DNA from: the human T2T-CHM13v2.0 reference genome, Homo sapiens
DNA: 64,000 nucleotides
Assembly (NCBI RefSeq): GCF_009914755.1
Contig: NC_060932.1
Reading direction: 5' to 3' (one strand)
Shown here one piece after another: positions 1-14,122 of the stretch. A model generated the notes under the pieces. The model ran no database searches and had not been told where the DNA came from. It worked only from the letters and a program-made list of their open reading frames with translations. A program made the position numbers and the translations under genes. How positions within the stretch are numbered: position 1 is the stretch's first letter; every line of letters begins with the position of its first letter.

Positions 1-399
1 CCAACTATTAATATATCCCACAGGCTTTGTAGTTTTCTAGAGAGAGCAAAATCTCTGACTGTATTCCTATAAACTAGGCTGGACTGGCGCATTAACATAG
101 AATAATTTTCATAAGTACTCGACACCAGATTTGCTAATCACCAGAAAATTCCATTCAAAGCTAAAATATGCACATATGTATTTATAAATATAGCTAGAAT
201 AAAGAAAATATAATGTTAATCATTATTTTGAATGAACAATATCCCACAAGTAGTCTGAAATAAATATTACTTTACATTGCGAGTCAAATCACCATTTTAA
301 CATAGATTAAGCTTGGGCTGTTGCTGTCTCAGTCATGACTCTAGAAACTAAAAATATTAATCGTTTTTAAAATACTGTTTTATGAATGTGCAAACTGTT

Positions 400-575
400 G
401 ATAACTGTTGCATTGGCAAGACCTCATTCAATCCTCATGACCATCATATGATAAAGGTATCTTTATTTTAAGATAAGGAGACCAGAGATGATTGAGACCA
501 CTCGTCTTCCCCAGGACCTCATAGCAAGTAAGTGGTGGAAATGAGATTTAGTCCAAATGTGGCAACTGAGACTTT
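400..575 (-). mobile_element. MIR SINE fragment
   Basis: Degenerate reverse-complement MIR core (tcattcaatcctcatgac...gcaagtaagtggtggaaatgagatttag). Confidence 0.6.
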
Positions 576-977
576 TCACGGAGCCATTTACCTCCCACAG
601 AAGGTGCTAAAGGTAATCAGGACAGAGGACATGATGAGTTGACCAGAGGAGCAGCCAGAGCGCTGTGAGAATTTGCAGGAAGCAGTGAGAAATACAGACA
701 AGGGCAGTCTGTTGCAGCAGTCTTGCATGCGGTCTGCCCTCTGGTAGCAGGTCTTCTTTGTTCTGTTTTCACTAGGTGTCTGACAATCTGTCTATAGGCT
801 GCTTCATCCAGCAGCCCATCTCCCTTTCTTTTGGCCCTGCCTGTTAGGTTCTGGAGTTCCGGTGACATAAAGACTTCAGACAGATCTCAGGGAACATATT
901 TTATTGCCTCAAAAATTTTCTAAGGCTCCCAAATCCCTGCAGCTATGTTTAGTGTGAGGGAAAGATAAAGCCAGTTT

Positions 978-996
978 TGGCCAGTAGAGGCCACTA
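978..996 (+). promoter_or_regulatory. Candidate CTCF motif
   Basis: TGGCCAGTAGAGGCCACTA resembles the CTCF core consensus TGGCCACCAGGGGGCGCTA. Motif only, no binding evidence. Confidence 0.3.
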
Positions 997-1044
997 GTGA
1001 GCAGTTAGTGGCAGAAGAAGGATATTATATAGAAAGAGGCTAGT

Positions 1045-1318
1045 GAACAACACAGGGCCAATGGTTAACAGCACGGTGTTGTGCACTTCAGAATTTGTTA
1101 AGAGAGTAGCTCTCGTGTCAATTATTTTTACCACAAACAAACAAATAACAAAGAGACACCAGGAAACTTTGGGAGGTGGTGGATATGCCTATAACCTTGA
1201 TTGTAGTGATGTATCATGGGTGTCTGCATATATTCAAACTCATCAAGTAGTAAATAGTAAACATGTGCAGTTCTTTGTGTACCAGTGATGCCTCAATAAA
1301 CCTGTTTTCAAAAAAAAA
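1045..1318 (+). mobile_element. Old L1 3'UTR fragment (L1MA10/L1MB-like)
   Basis: ggaaactttgggaggtggtggatatg...ccttgattgtagtgatg...aaactcatcaag...ctcaataaa followed by an A-tract. Confidence 0.75.
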
Positions 1319-2129
1319 GATGCTAGTGAGAGAATCTGATCCTGGCTGTATTAGGCCAAATGGACAATTTTTTGAGAGAATAACGTCTCTTCTTTTGGGC
1401 GCCACAGGGACCTCAGAGGCAAGGCTGTGGAGTTTCTCTGCAGAGCATTATACTAATATGACTGTGTTGCAGCATCACTGAGACTGTTGTCTCTCTGTTA
1501 GAGTTTTAATTTCTGCAAGAGAGAAGCTGGCTGTCCCAGCTACAGGAACGTGGCTGTGAGGGCCTGGCCACTAGGGGTGCATCATGTGTATTGTGGCCAT
1601 GACTCAAAAGGAGGGATTTGTTTTGAGTTGGAAAGATGCCCCTAAGTGAGGCATGCAAACTTCTCCAACTTTATGCTAGCTCTTTGGTAAAATTTGCTTC
1701 TAATTGTGCAATGTTCAAGGAGAAAAACTTGTTTCTCAGCAGGTTTCTAGTTTATTCCAGACCTTTGGGGTCTTTGGAGGACAAAAGACAAATGTCCTGC
1801 TATCTGAAGCCAGGTAGCAGGACATTTAGGTGATTTAAGGCCTGCCTCCTTTTCTTGGAATGATGTTTATGGATGTTATTTCCATCTCTCTAGTTTTTCC
1901 AGATTGACAGACAATCTTACAGTCACTTGGACAGTTCAAATATACTTGAGGACTTTCACATATGAGCTACATAGTCCATAGAGTAGGCTAAGTAGGACTT
2001 TCAGACTGAATGAGTATTCAACATCACATTTCAGGAGACTGAACAAGTTCCTCTTGTGTCAGTCAACAGGATGCCTTTCCCCAGTGCACTTCCATACCTC
2101 TGAGAAACTCCAAAGGTTTGCATACTTGG

Positions 2130-2250
2130 ATTCATTCCACATGCATTTATTCAGCATGTATGCTGCACCTGGTATCAGGCTAGGTATTGGAAGCACAACA
2201 AAGAGTAAGATAGAGTCCTGAACACAGAGACCACATAGTCTACTAGAAAA
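2130..2250 (-). mobile_element. L2 3' fragment
   Basis: ttcattccacatgcatttattcagcatgtatg...gctaggtattgga, the reverse-complement L2 tail pattern. Confidence 0.55.
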
Positions 2251-3088
2251 GACCAATGCATAAGCAGACGATGATGACACAGAGGCAAATACATTGCAAA
2301 GGGAGCCCAGGATCCTGACTTCCAGAATGGTGGTAGAAGGAGCTCCATGAACACACTTCCCAACAATAACTGAATGCAATTATAAAACAACTATTTAAGT
2401 TGTCCAGAAATGAGTCATGCAACCGATGTAGAAACGTTTATTCAGGAAAATCTACTAAATTGCAGTAAGAAGAGCTGGAGTCTGCAACATTTGAGCCATG
2501 ACCTATTCCCCTGCTTTCTTGTTCCGGCTCAGTGTGATAGAAGCTCCACTACAGGCAGGCATGGTCAAGAGACAGTTTGCACTCTACGGCTACAGTTCCC
2601 TCCTGAGAAGAGCAGGCCACCAACATCCTTGATCTGTCCCTCCAGCTACATAATATAAAAACTCTTTGCCAGGCAGTCACAGCCTAGAGGTCTGAGTCTC
2701 CTTTCACCCCCTCCCAGTTCATGGGATAAAAGCTCTACACTAAGTGCAGAAGGTTGAGAATACCGAGCCTTACTGGCCTATCTTAAGCTCACTTGTAGGG
2801 CAGAGACTTCATGCTGGGAGAGGTTAGCCAAAAAGGCCAAGGGCTAACATTCCACCTGGTACCCCACTTATAGATAAGGGGCCTCATTGTGGTAGGACTG
2901 GGTCTTGTTCCTCATCCTCAGCTCTAGAGCAGTGGTGTGGAGATTAAAATTAGAAATAAGTAACAAAAAGAAATTTGGTAAATTCACAAATATATGGAAA
3001 TTAAACAACACACTCCCAAATAGCCAATGAGTAAAAGAAAAGCAAACAAGGGAAATTAGAAAATATTTTGAGATGACTGAAAATGTAG

Positions 3089-3508
<420 letters not shown>

Positions 3509-5327
3509 TTAACTTTCACCTTAAGAAACAGAAAAACAGAAAAGCAAAGTAAACCCAAGGTAAACAGTAGGAAGAAAATAAGAAAGATTCAAGTACTAAT
3601 TTAAAAATATAGAGAATGAAAAAATAATAAAAATCAATAAATGAATAATCAAAAGTTGGTTCTTCGAAAAAAATCAACAAAATTGAGTTTTACTAGACTG
3701 ACTCTCTTGTGCCCTTCTCTTCCCTCCAAGAGGATAGAAGATTCAAATTACTAACCTCAGTAATGAAGAAGACAATATCACCACAGATTTTACAGAAATG
3801 AAAAGGATTATAAGATTATACTATGAACGACTCTATGTCAAAAATTTGATAACTTAGGTGACATGAGCCAATTCCTGGACAAACACAAACAACTGAAAAT
3901 GACTCAACAAAAAAATAAACAATTCTAACAGATCTGTAACAAAGAGATTGAATTAGTAACTAAAAATACCTCTCACAAAAAAAGCCCAGGCCCAGATCAC
4001 TTCACTAATGAATTATACCAAACATGTAAAGAAAAACAAATTATTCACAAGCTGTTCAAAAATCTCATGCTCTGTGGCCAGTATTATTCTGATACACAAA
4101 CCAGACAAAGACAGCAAGAGGAAAGTAAACTACAGACTAACATTTCTTATACATACACAAGCAAAAATTTTAAACAAACTACTAGAAAACTGAATTCAGG
4201 AATATATTAAAAGAATTATGCACCGTGGTCATGTGATATTTATCCCCGGAATTCAAGGTTAGTTGAACATACAAAAATAAATTAATATAATACACCATAT
4301 TAATAGAATACAGAACAAAAACCCCATGATCAGATTAATAGATGTAGAAGGTGTTGGGCAAAATCCAACTCCTCATCATGATAAAAAAACACTCAACAAA
4401 ATAAGAACAGAAGGAAACTTCTTCCACCTGAGAAAGCACATCTGCAGAAAATCTACAGCTAACATCCTATGCAGTGTTGAAAGACTAGAGGCTTTCCCCC
4501 AAGACCAGTAAAAAGACAAAGATATTGGCTCTGGCCATTGCTGTTCAATATTGTTTTGAAAGTTCTAACAAGAACAATTAGGGAAGAATAAGAAATAAAA
4601 GACATCAACATTGGAAAGAAAGAAAAAAACTATCTTAATTTGAAGGGTAAAGTTTGCATATGGACTATCCTAAGGAATTCACCAAAAAGCCTCTAGAAAT
4701 AATAAACTGGACATTTATTTTGGTTTGGATGTTGAACTTTGCTTCTAAAAAGGCAAGAGTTCAGGATGCAAGATTAATATAGAAAATTCAGTGGTATTTT
4801 TATACCCTAGCAATAGACAATTTAAAAATAAAATTAAAAAGAAAATTCCATTTATAATAGCATCTAAAATAATATAACTTTTAGGAATAAATTAACAAAA
4901 GTGTAAAAGTTGAACTCTGAAAACCAGAAAACATTGTTGAAAGAAATTAAAGAAAACCGAGTTAATTGGAAAGACATTCCATGTTTACGGATCAGAAGAG
5001 TAAGTTAATTTTAGTCTATAGGTTCAACATAATACCTACTAAAATCCCAGTTGGTATTAGGAAAATACAAAGGTCCAAGAATAACCAAAAAATTTCTGGA
5101 AAAGAAAAAGTAAAGACTCATACTTCCTAAAATCAAAATACACTACAAACTTTCATTAATTAATGATTAATGATACTGATATAAGTAAAGATATACAGAT
5201 CAATGAAACAGAATTATGTATCTATAAATAATGCCCTGCATTTATAGTTAATTGACTTTTGACAGTGATTCCAGAGCAATTCAACATGGGAAAGAATAGT
5301 CTTTCAACAAATTGTATTGGGAAAACT

Positions 5328-5329
<2 letters not shown>

Positions 5330-5363
<34 letters not shown>

Positions 5364-5367
5364 ACAC
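5330..5367. repeat. (CA)n microsatellite
   Basis: Direct reading. Confidence 0.95.
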
Positions 5368-6669
5368 GAAGTTGAAACCCATTCTTGCACCACACATAAA
5401 AATTAACTCAAAATGAAACAAGGATCTAAATGTAAGAGCAAAAATTATAACACTCTTAGAAAAATAGTAGGAGTAAATTGTTGTGACCTTGAGTTAAATA
5501 AAAGTTTCTTAGATATGGCACTAGAAGTGCAAGCAAGTAAAGAAAAAAATAGATGAATCAGATTTCATCAAAATTAAAAACTTTTGTGCTACAAACAATA
5601 CTACCAAGAAAGTAAAAATACAACCCATAAAATGGGAGAAAATATTTAGGAATTATATACATTGATAAAAGCCATGTATCCAGAAAATATAATAAGCATT
5701 TATGGCTCAGTAACTAAAAGTCAAGTAACCCAGTTTTTAAAATTGGCAAAGGATATGAATAGATATTTTTCCAATGAAGGCACATAAATGGTCAATAAGC
5801 ATATGAAAAGATGCTCGATATCATTAGTCTTTAGGGAAATGTAAATTAAACCACATCGAGATAGCAGTTCATGCCCACTTGGATGGCTATAATAAAAAAC
5901 AGAACAAAACAAACAAAAACAGAAAAGAACAAGTGCTGAGGTTGAGAAGGTATCCTCATACGTTGCTGGTGGGAATGTAAAATTGTGCAGCCACTGTGAG
6001 AAAAATTTGGCTGTTTCCCAAAATATTAAATATAAAGTTTCCGTATGATTCCACAATTTCATTCCTAGGTATGTACTCAAGAAAAATCACAGCATAGGTC
6101 ATCAAAAAAGTTGTACATGAATGTTCATTACAGCATTATCCATAAGAGCTAAAAAGTGGAAACAACCAGAATTTCTATTAACTGACAAATGAATAAATAA
6201 CATAATGGTATATTTGTACAGTGGAATATTATTTGTCCACAAAAAGAATGAAGTACTGATATGTACTACAACATGGATAAAGCCTGAAACATTATGCTAA
6301 GTGTGAGAAGCCAGTCACCAAAGACCATATGATTGCATTATGTAAAATATTCAGAACAGGCAAATAGGTAGACAGAAAGTAAATTAGTGATTGCCTATGG
6401 CTGGGTGAGTGTAGAGAGGAGGACTAATTATTAGTGGGTATGAGGTCTTTTATGGGGCTAATGAAAATGTTTTGAAATTAGATTGTGGTGATGGCTGTCC
6501 AACTCTGGGAACATAATAGAATCCATTGAATGTTACATTTAAGTGCATGGATTTTTGGGATTTGTGAATGTTATCTCAGAAAATCTGTTTTTTTAAAAAA
6601 ACAAGGAAGTCAAGATGTACAGACACATGGTTAGGCACATAGCCAAGGCTGGGCAAAGAAGGCAAAGCA

Positions 6670-7100
6670 AAGGCAGCATCTTCTAGGAGAGGGTAGTGGA
6701 GCTGCAACCTAGAGTGATTAGGAGTTAGCCTGGGTAAGGTGAAGAAAGAATGGGTATAGAATTGTAGGCAGAAGAGACAGCAAGTGCAAAGCCAGAGATA
6801 AGAGGTGGCACAGCATGTCTAGCTTATGGTAGGCTGGGTATGTGCATAGTATAGAGACACGGCTTGTGGGTGGCAATAAGTAAAGTTGAAGGGATAAAGA
6901 AGGACCTGATCTCAAAGGGCTGCTACCATGCTAAGGATTTAGGACTTTAGCCAGAAAGCACTGCTGAGCTGTTAAAAAATTTTAAGCAGGGAAATAGCAT
7001 ATTAGATTTTTGAGACTTAGAATGGTCGCTTTTGTAGCAGGACTGAAGCCAATCAAGCAGGAGGCAGGGAGACAAGTAGGGAGCTGCGCTGTGGTCTGGG
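6670..7100 (-). mobile_element. L2 fragment
   Basis: Purine-rich antisense L2 pattern (gaagagacagcaagtgcaaag...aaggatttaggacttt...ttttaagcagggaaatagcatattagattt). Confidence 0.6.
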
Positions 7101-8321
7101 AGGGGCTTGAGTAAAGCATGACCCAAAGGTCTTCAAATGAACATGTGCTTCAGTAGAGCCTCTGCCTCACCTGGGTCCATGCTGAGACCAATTCCTGACA
7201 CCTGAAGTTCAACCAAAAAATTGAAATACTCAATTGTTACATTTAAATACAATGAATACTGTCTTGGAGATGTAAGGTCTGAAGATACTGCTTCAGAACT
7301 GGGGCTCATTGTCCCCCAAATTAAGAATGTAGAGGTAGTGATCATCCATCCATAATACAACACACCCCAGTTAGATGTGTCATCTAAGATAAACTTACTT
7401 CCACCATGAAACCTACCGGGCTAATCAAGAACTCATATTGCATATACCTAAGAAATGTGGTAATTAATCAACCAACTCTTCTAACTCTCTTCTGTTTAAT
7501 CAACTATGTCAGGTTCTATTGAGTTTTGTGATTATGAAATGTGGGCTTCTTACATTCTGATTTTGAAAATATAAAATATCATTCTAAAAATGTTCATTTT
7601 AAAGCTAGTCAAACATCAGTTACAAACTCTGTTGGCCATGGCATTGAGTCAAATGAGCCTGCCCTCGAGCATACAGAAGGAATACATTGCAGAACTGGAC
7701 GACACACCAAGGGGCCTGAAAAGCCAGGTGGATGATTTGATTCTTATTAATTATTTGTGGTTTCAAAAATAGCTGTTACATCCAACAGGGGACAAAGTTC
7801 TATTTGTGATTAACCTATGGTCATTTCAGTGAAACTACAACAGGTAAGGAAAAATGTTAATGCCAACTGAATTAATGCAGCATTTTCCCCTAATTTATAC
7901 TTTATTCAACCAATCATTAGTGTGTGTAAGTTCATAAATGGCAAGATCCTAACTTTACAGATGACATGGTAATAAATTAATTTATAGACAACAATAGGAC
8001 AAGGACTAAATATTGGAGAACATGTGTCTAATAAGCAGTCTGGCCTTCCCTTAGGGGCCAGGAATCTCTCAGGATAGTCCAGTTGACCTAATTTCAGGCT
8101 CCTCCATCTTGTACTATCTTGTTATGGGGATTCGTGGGGAGCCTCTGCAGGGGATTCAAACTCAAAAAAACTCAAATCATTTTAAAGAGTTCCAACCATA
8201 TAAAATTGAGTCCTGACATGCCTCTTCATCCCATTCACCTCCTGAGGGCCAGCTCTTCAAACTCAAGTACCTATGGTTTCCTTAGGGAAATGCTTCTGAT
8301 AGTCCCATGTCACTTTCCCAG

Positions 8322-8609
8322 TGTCATGGCCATGAAGATGTCCTGCTCAGATCTCTGACTGAAGGGAGAATAACCAGCTCCGTTGGTGCGTATGTCTGAT
8401 GCCTCCCTTCCCAGAGGCTGCTACCAGCCTACAACAGAACACGGCAGGGAGATGGGGACTCCTCTGACCAGTGACTCTGGCTCAGGTACTCCCTGAGACA
8501 CTTACACCTGCACTTTGATCTGATGACTCTCCTAGCTTCTGCTGTCTCTCTCTCCTTTTTCCTAACGAGGATTTTGGTCTCTGCCTCTTGGAGAACCTGA
8601 AGCAACACA
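8322..8609 (+). mobile_element. LTR16-like ERVL solo LTR (internally deleted)
   Basis: Starts TGTCATGGCCATGAAGATG..CTCAGATCTC, contains ggactcctctgaccagtgactctggctc, ends cttggagaacctgaagcaacaCA. Confidence 0.65.
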
Positions 8610-8679
8610 CCTGTTATATATTCTCCTGACACCATGTTCTCCTATCCTTTCTATAACATGCATTTCCTTTTATACCTGC

Positions 8680-8850
8680 ATGTTTATTTGTGTAATTGTT
8701 TGATTAATGTCTATTTCTCCTGCTAGGCTGATAGACCTTGAAGAGCGAAGACTGCATCTGTTTTGCTCCCATTATAATTTGTATGGCTAGTACAGAGCCT
8801 GGCATATACCAGCTGCTCAATAAATACTTTTTGAATTAGTAAAGAAAGAA
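8680..8850 (+). mobile_element. L2 3' end
   Basis: cagagcctggcatataccagctgctcaataaatactttttgaat terminal motif. Confidence 0.7.
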
Positions 8851-9119
8851 TTTAGAAATGAAGAAACTCAAATTAATTATGATGGTTGGCATGTCAGAGT
8901 AGTAAGGGGTGACTAAAGAGTTTTGAGCATTCTTTTGAGATTATCAGAGGATTTTTTTTCTCTGAGCAAATGGAATGATAAGCATATTATCATAAATCTG
9001 AAGAAAAGGTTTAGTCATATTCAATTATTTTTTCAAAAACAATTCTTTTTCCATAGCCCTTCTTTCTCTCTGTCAGGTGCCCTTTCTTATTTTCTCTCCA
9101 TTAAATTCTTTCTCACTCA

Positions 9120-9325
9120 GGTAAATCTGGGTTTGAATGCCAGTTTGGCGATTTGCAAGTCCTTAATCTGTTTGAAAACTAATTCTTCATTTTTAGCAAC
9201 AATATAATTAGCAATTATAATAGTATCTAACTCACCTGTTATTACATAATGAATGTGAAGTGTTAATCACATGGCCTAGCATACAATTTTTACTCAATAA
9301 ATGTTATTAGTACTTTTATTATTAT
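9120..9325 (+). mobile_element. MIR
   Basis: ctgggtttgaatgccag...cctagcatac...ctcaataaatgttattag. Confidence 0.65.
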
Positions 9326-9939
9326 CATCAACACTGTATTAATAGAATACCACCTACTTGTAGCCAAATTAGAATCACATTTCTAAAACTTTAAGCTTGT
9401 AATTATCTCATCTTTCATATATTCACAGGTAAGAAAAACTTTATTCTGGAACTTGTGAGTTGAGGGTAAGAACGTGTATTTACAAAGTAATGAAAGTATG
9501 TGAGAAGAAGAAGATGAAGGCTTTTCTGATCATTACATCTTCTAAAAAGGGTATACAATATGATTTTAAGATCCAGAAATAATCTAGACAAATATCATTT
9601 TTCCCTGTTTTCCTCTCCTTACTTTATTCTGAAATTATATCATTAGAATGTCATCCCTGAGTAAATATCTTGAGAGTGATAGCACTTTGAGCTCTTGGTA
9701 GCCTGAAAAGGGATCATTTCTGTTTGAATTCTATAGAGGCTTCTAGAAACATCTCTGTACTCTACCCATGTTCACCTGCCCCAGGGAAATTGATGATGCT
9801 TCTTAGAGCACATTGCTAGTTTTGTGACATGAATAACTGAGTCATTCTCAGATCAGAAATGATACTCACAATAACAAAATTTGTTCTTTAAAAGAACAAA
9901 TATGTAAACCAAATAACCCTCAAATTAAAAGCACAGACC

Positions 9940-10400
9940 CTGAGAAGTGGCAGACTTCTTGGAGGTGATTTATTTCAACCTTCTAACAATTCAGTCTTTT
10001 CTGTGATATTGACCTGAGAGGCATCCAACATTGCCCTGCTGTTACTTGGCTATAGAGGGAGGGCTTTCGAATAGAAACACCTGTGGACACAGTCCTGCCT
10101 CTGCCACCAACATCTGTGTTCTTAAGCATGCCATGTAATTTTGAGGTTCTGTTTCCTCACTAGCGAAAGAAAAATTCTTTGAATTTGGTGTTCCTATGAC
10201 TTTATCTATTCCAATGACGGGGAACTCACTACCATCTTCATTGGAGAGCTGGATTGCTGGTGACAACATCTGTTACATTGAATCAAAAAATGTTTCCTCA
10301 CTATTGCCTATGTCTTGGTTTGCTTCTTGGAGTTACTCAAAATGAAATGAGGTACTCTTCAAATATTTGGATATTGCTGATGTGCTCCCCTGTTCTTTGC
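9940..10400. mobile_element. L3/CR1 and MIR3-like ancient fragments
   Basis: atgacggggaactcactacc (CR1/L3 3' motif) and gcctctgccacc...ctgtttcctcac (MIR core). Confidence 0.45.
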
Positions 10401-11369
10401 TTCCTCAAGCTAAGCAAACACAAGGAAATAAGTCTCGTTCTGTGTGACATGAGTCGTGGATCCCTGCCATCTGCCTTTGGGCACATCTTTGTTTGCCAAT
10501 ATCCTTCATAAAATGTACTTCCGAGAACCAAACACAATACTATATATAATAGATAGAATTAAGATGAACAATCTAAATTACAACACATTTTTATAGCTCA
10601 GCTCTAAGCACATCTGTTGCTTAGTCAGTCCTCCATTGGTTGAAACAGGGACTACACAAATGCTCAGCCCCAGGTTACCAATAAGCTGTTGCTCATTTGT
10701 TCAACAAGTGCCTTAACTTTACAGGCTAACTCTGTTTCCCAGGAGTCTGCATTCTGAGTCAAAGCCATAATCTTCATCTGAGAACAGCACTATTTCTTAA
10801 GTAATTCTTAGATTGTTTTCTAGCTGAGCTCTGACCACTTTCAGAAAATTTTTTTTTCACTTTCAGAAATTTTTAACAAACATGCTGGTCCTTGGAAATG
10901 GATTTCTCATACATGTTCAATATAAGTTTACCAATGACTTATAATTATTTAAATATCATAAACCAAGAGATGTCAGTGAAGCAGTCATTAATATAATAGT
11001 GTAACTGACTAATTTGAAAACATGCATATATTATGAGTGCTTTGGGTACAAGAATGAGAAAAATTACAGATAGCCTGTAAAAGGGAGATTAACAGCTAGT
11101 ATGGAGACTCAAGCCTCAAAGAAAACTTTACTCAGTTTCCCTAGGTGGCACAGTCTTACATATCCTTCATGTCCCTGATGATATTGATCCCAATATGTGG
11201 GTAGACTAGATAGAAATGATACATAGAATTGATTTTATTGATATGCCAAGGTAAATGGTCAATCAATATTTGCTGTATTGAATTGTAAGAAGTAGACTAA
11301 CCACTTACAACCATGTTTTTAAATCATCTTGAGGATGAGTTCATATAAACCATGGAGATATGAAAGAGG

Positions 11370-11600
11370 TCCTGGTTGAAAACATGGGTCTTGAGTATGA
11401 AGGTCTTGGCTTTATAAATTCATCTGACTACTGTGCATATTACATTACTTCTCTATACCTTACATTCTTTTTCTGTAAAACAAGGCTAATAAAAGCCAAT
11501 CTTCTTATTTGGGTTATGAGAATTAAATGAGTGAAATATCTTAGCAAAACACTTAGCCAAATGTTTGGAAATAGAGAATGTTCAATGAATTGTAGGAAAT
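11370..11600 (+). mobile_element. MIR
   Basis: ttctgtaaaacaaggctaataa...gttatgagaattaaatgag...gttcaatgaattg. Confidence 0.7.
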
Positions 11601-13329
11601 ATTGTGTGTGTGATAAGCTTGCAAGTAGCCAGTCTGTCTGCCCATCCACATCTTGCCTAGAACGCTAAAGAAATTCTTATTGTATTCATTAAAGGACTAG
11701 TAGATTTTCACTGAAAATGTCCCATGTTTACTTTAAGAAGATAATAAAAACAATAATAATATGAGTAGTGAAATTGTTACATAATGCTTACTATGTGCTG
11801 GACACCATTCTAAGTATTTCACATTTGTTAATTTGGTTAACATAGAAGAAACAATTCATTAGTTACACCACTTGACTGCCTCAATAAATGCAAAATCCAG
11901 TAAGAAAGAAAATAGTATTTGATTTGGTAATTTTTTAGTCTTCTTATTAATACATCTTAATTTTATCTATTTATTAATAATCTGACACTGATTTATAATA
12001 TTAGAAAGCTGATTGCCCATCATGTGATCTTCTATGTAGATACAAAATGTTTAACATTCTAAGATAAAGTTGAATTCAATAGAGGTAGAATATTTCTTGA
12101 GGAAATTAAAGTACCTACTAATGTGTTATCCAGAAATGGGGAAGGGAAATGGAATTTCCTCAGGGTCCCTCAAAGCAGTAGAATACAAGATTGAGAATGT
12201 GCAAAATGGACTGATCCTTCATTGCATTTCCTGGGGGTGCGAAAGACTCTCAGATGCAGCTGTCATACTGAGCCTTCATGAACAATCTGTTCTAAAATGA
12301 CAAAAATATGACTTGTGGGCAGGGCAATCATTTAATTTCCAGCAGAGGAAAATAAGGACAGTGTACTTGGTGATTATTCCCCATCCTAATGTAATTTACT
12401 GTGTCTCGGTTTTCAGTTATCATCCTATTCAAGGTTACAAAATGTTAGTAGACTGAACTCAATGCCTTATTCCTGCATTGAAAAAACATTGTTAGAACTT
12501 TTAAGTGTTTAAAATTATTGACTGTCTCAATTAATTCAAGAAGCATTCTGTCTTGACAAAACATTCCATTACCAAGTTCTTGTACCTAATCCTCTGCCTA
12601 CAGGCTGGCAAATAAATTGGGCAAGACAGATATAAGTGTCCAATATATCTGGCCTAGTGTTCATATTCATGAGTTCTAGGCCTGAAAATTTGACAAATTC
12701 CTGAGGTAACACACTCTAGATCCTAATCACATTTATAGTCAAGATGCTTTCCTCCAGGTCTTGACAAATTAGTTTCAGAATTAGTTCCCCTTATTCAGCT
12801 TCCTTAACTCTAATACTCCTAACTCTACACTGCAGCTGGTCTAGCTTATTCTGCTGAGTATGGATAACACCCTCCCAGCCACTCTGTCTCCTGCATGCCT
12901 TCTCCATTGCAGCCCACCCTCTGAGATCAAAGTGGCAGGGGGTGGGGGAGTATGCTAGAAGTCTGGTGCTCACTATCTCAGAGCCACTTCTGATCTCAGC
13001 TCTATCATATACACTAGGCTTTAGGATTTGCTTTCTACACACTGAATAGAAGCCAGTCACTAGACAGATGAGTTTAAAATAAATTGTGAAGTGATGTAAT
13101 TATGATATGCATAGTTAGATTGTTATTAACAAATCTGCTTCCTTCAGGATGAACTTATTAGCATTCATTACTGATAGCACTTTACAGTTTTTAAACTATG
13201 GCCAGTGAGCTCAAAATGCTTTTTTGTGTTTTGAAATGCTAAATCCTTATAGCATAGTATCTAAGTAGACAAAACTGTAAGTTATTCTAAGGCCGCTACA
13301 CATTGGTTATGATCTATTCAGTATTTTTA

Positions 13330-14065
13330 GAAGAGATGTTTATTGAGAGCCTTTCATCTTGGCTTGTGCTAGACAAAGGGAAAGTGATGGCTAAGACAGT
13401 CCCTGTTCTTGAGGAGCTTCTCATGTTCTAGAAGAGGGGAATATACAATGGAGTCATTAGGGACCAGGAGGCATGTGCAATGTATAGACACAGTGAATTC
13501 TGTGAGGGCCTTGAGGGAGAAACCTACCCCAGCCCAGGGTATGAGTCAGAGTCAGCCAGGCAGAGAGGGGAAGGCCATTCCCGACAGGGAGATGCTTGAG
13601 CAAAGGTGAGGAGCATAAAATGGCACAGTGCTGGGGGGAAATTCTCCAAGGAGTTTCGTGGTGCCTTCTGCATATTGCATTGTGGTGGCTGTGGAAAATA
13701 AAGTAATTTGAGAAATAATAGAGGTAAAAGAGTTCACCGCTGATTTATTTAGGACGAGTCAATGAGAAAGGAAGAATTGAGGCTGACTCACAGGTTTCCA
13801 CAAGGTGCCTGGTGGTGGTGTAGACTAAACCATAGAATACAGAAGGAAAGGGGTTGGGAGGGAAATGCTTTCAGTCATGTTCACAATAAGTGTGGTATAG
13901 GTAAGAGGCAAGTGGATGTATAGTCCATGTTTAGGGGGATAAATTTATATAGAATTAGGAGTTGTCTACAGAGAGATAGTAACAGAAACCATGAGAGGGC
14001 ATGAGTGCATAAGTCAGGTGAGTGGATGAGATCGTAAGGGATCAGCAACATTTAGGGATTAAATG
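13330..14065 (-). mobile_element. L2 fragment
   Basis: tttattgagagcc...agacagtccctgttcttgaggagctt...aggctgactcacaggttt, the antisense L2 pattern. Confidence 0.6.
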
Positions 14066-14122
14066 GATGCTCATGTGTCTGCTTCAAAAACTCATATTTT
14101 GACTTCCTTCAATATAATGACC

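Noticed and set aside
617-868. 83-aa minus-strand ORF in unique DNA
   Set aside because: No recognisable homology or exon structure, and the length is within chance expectation.
924-943. ~20-nt similarity to 45375-45394 (ggctcc(c)aaatccctg.agc)
   Set aside because: Too short, with no extended homology. Compatible with chance.
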